Shown piece by piece: positions 63,806-64,000 of a stretch of DNA of 64,000 bases. A model generated the notes under the pieces. That model ran no database searches. It worked only from the letters and a program-made list of their open reading frames with translations, and was not told the origin of the DNA. The position numbers were made by a program, and so were the translations under genes. The DNA is taken from NCBI RefSeq assembly GCF_018977255.1, contig NW_024704742.1:71922001-71986000 (forward strand), read 5' to 3'. The first letter of the stretch is position 1. Each line of letters begins with the position of its first letter. This DNA comes from Callorhinchus milii (Eukaryota).

Positions 63806-64000
63806 CTGTTTGTGGGAAGTTGTTGTGTGCAAATTAGCTGCCTCATTCACTCACTACACTTTACAATGAAATCCTGGGAAGCACTTTGAGACAAATCTAC
63901 AGTGTGACAAGACGCTGAAACAAATGCAAGCTTAGAAAAACTCACTGACCACTCACCGTAGAAGCAATTCTCCCTCATCCACCCCCCCCCCCCCCCCCCC

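Overview
Eukaryotic, vertebrate genomic DNA, most likely a cartilaginous fish (inferred from the SINE, L2 and CR1 families; not proven). There are two intact spliced genes, both on the + strand. The first is a 3-exon Not-class homeobox gene (noto / floating head type; CDS 25245-27717, 241 aa). The second is a 13-exon smyd5 SET/MYND lysine methyltransferase (CDS 43393-55930, 406 aa). All introns in both models are GT-AG and all exon phases join cleanly. The rest is repeat-dense: a tRNA-Ala-like SINE with a CORE-like middle, a DeuSINE-like SINE with the same 3' half, L2 and CR1 LINE fragments (one L2 keeps a 423-aa RT ORF), a Tc1/mariner deletion derivative, an R4/Dong-type relic, an unclassified hairpin-rich repeat, several mini- and microsatellites, and one 25-N gap. 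The long ORFs at 4-6.5 kb and 14-16 kb are low-complexity artefacts. I found no prokaryote-style novel system (no CRISPR, operon or defence locus). The best leads are the unclassified repeat family, the transposon relics and Not paralogue evolution. Comparisons with known proteins and repeats are from memory and need database confirmation. Repeat boundaries are approximate.
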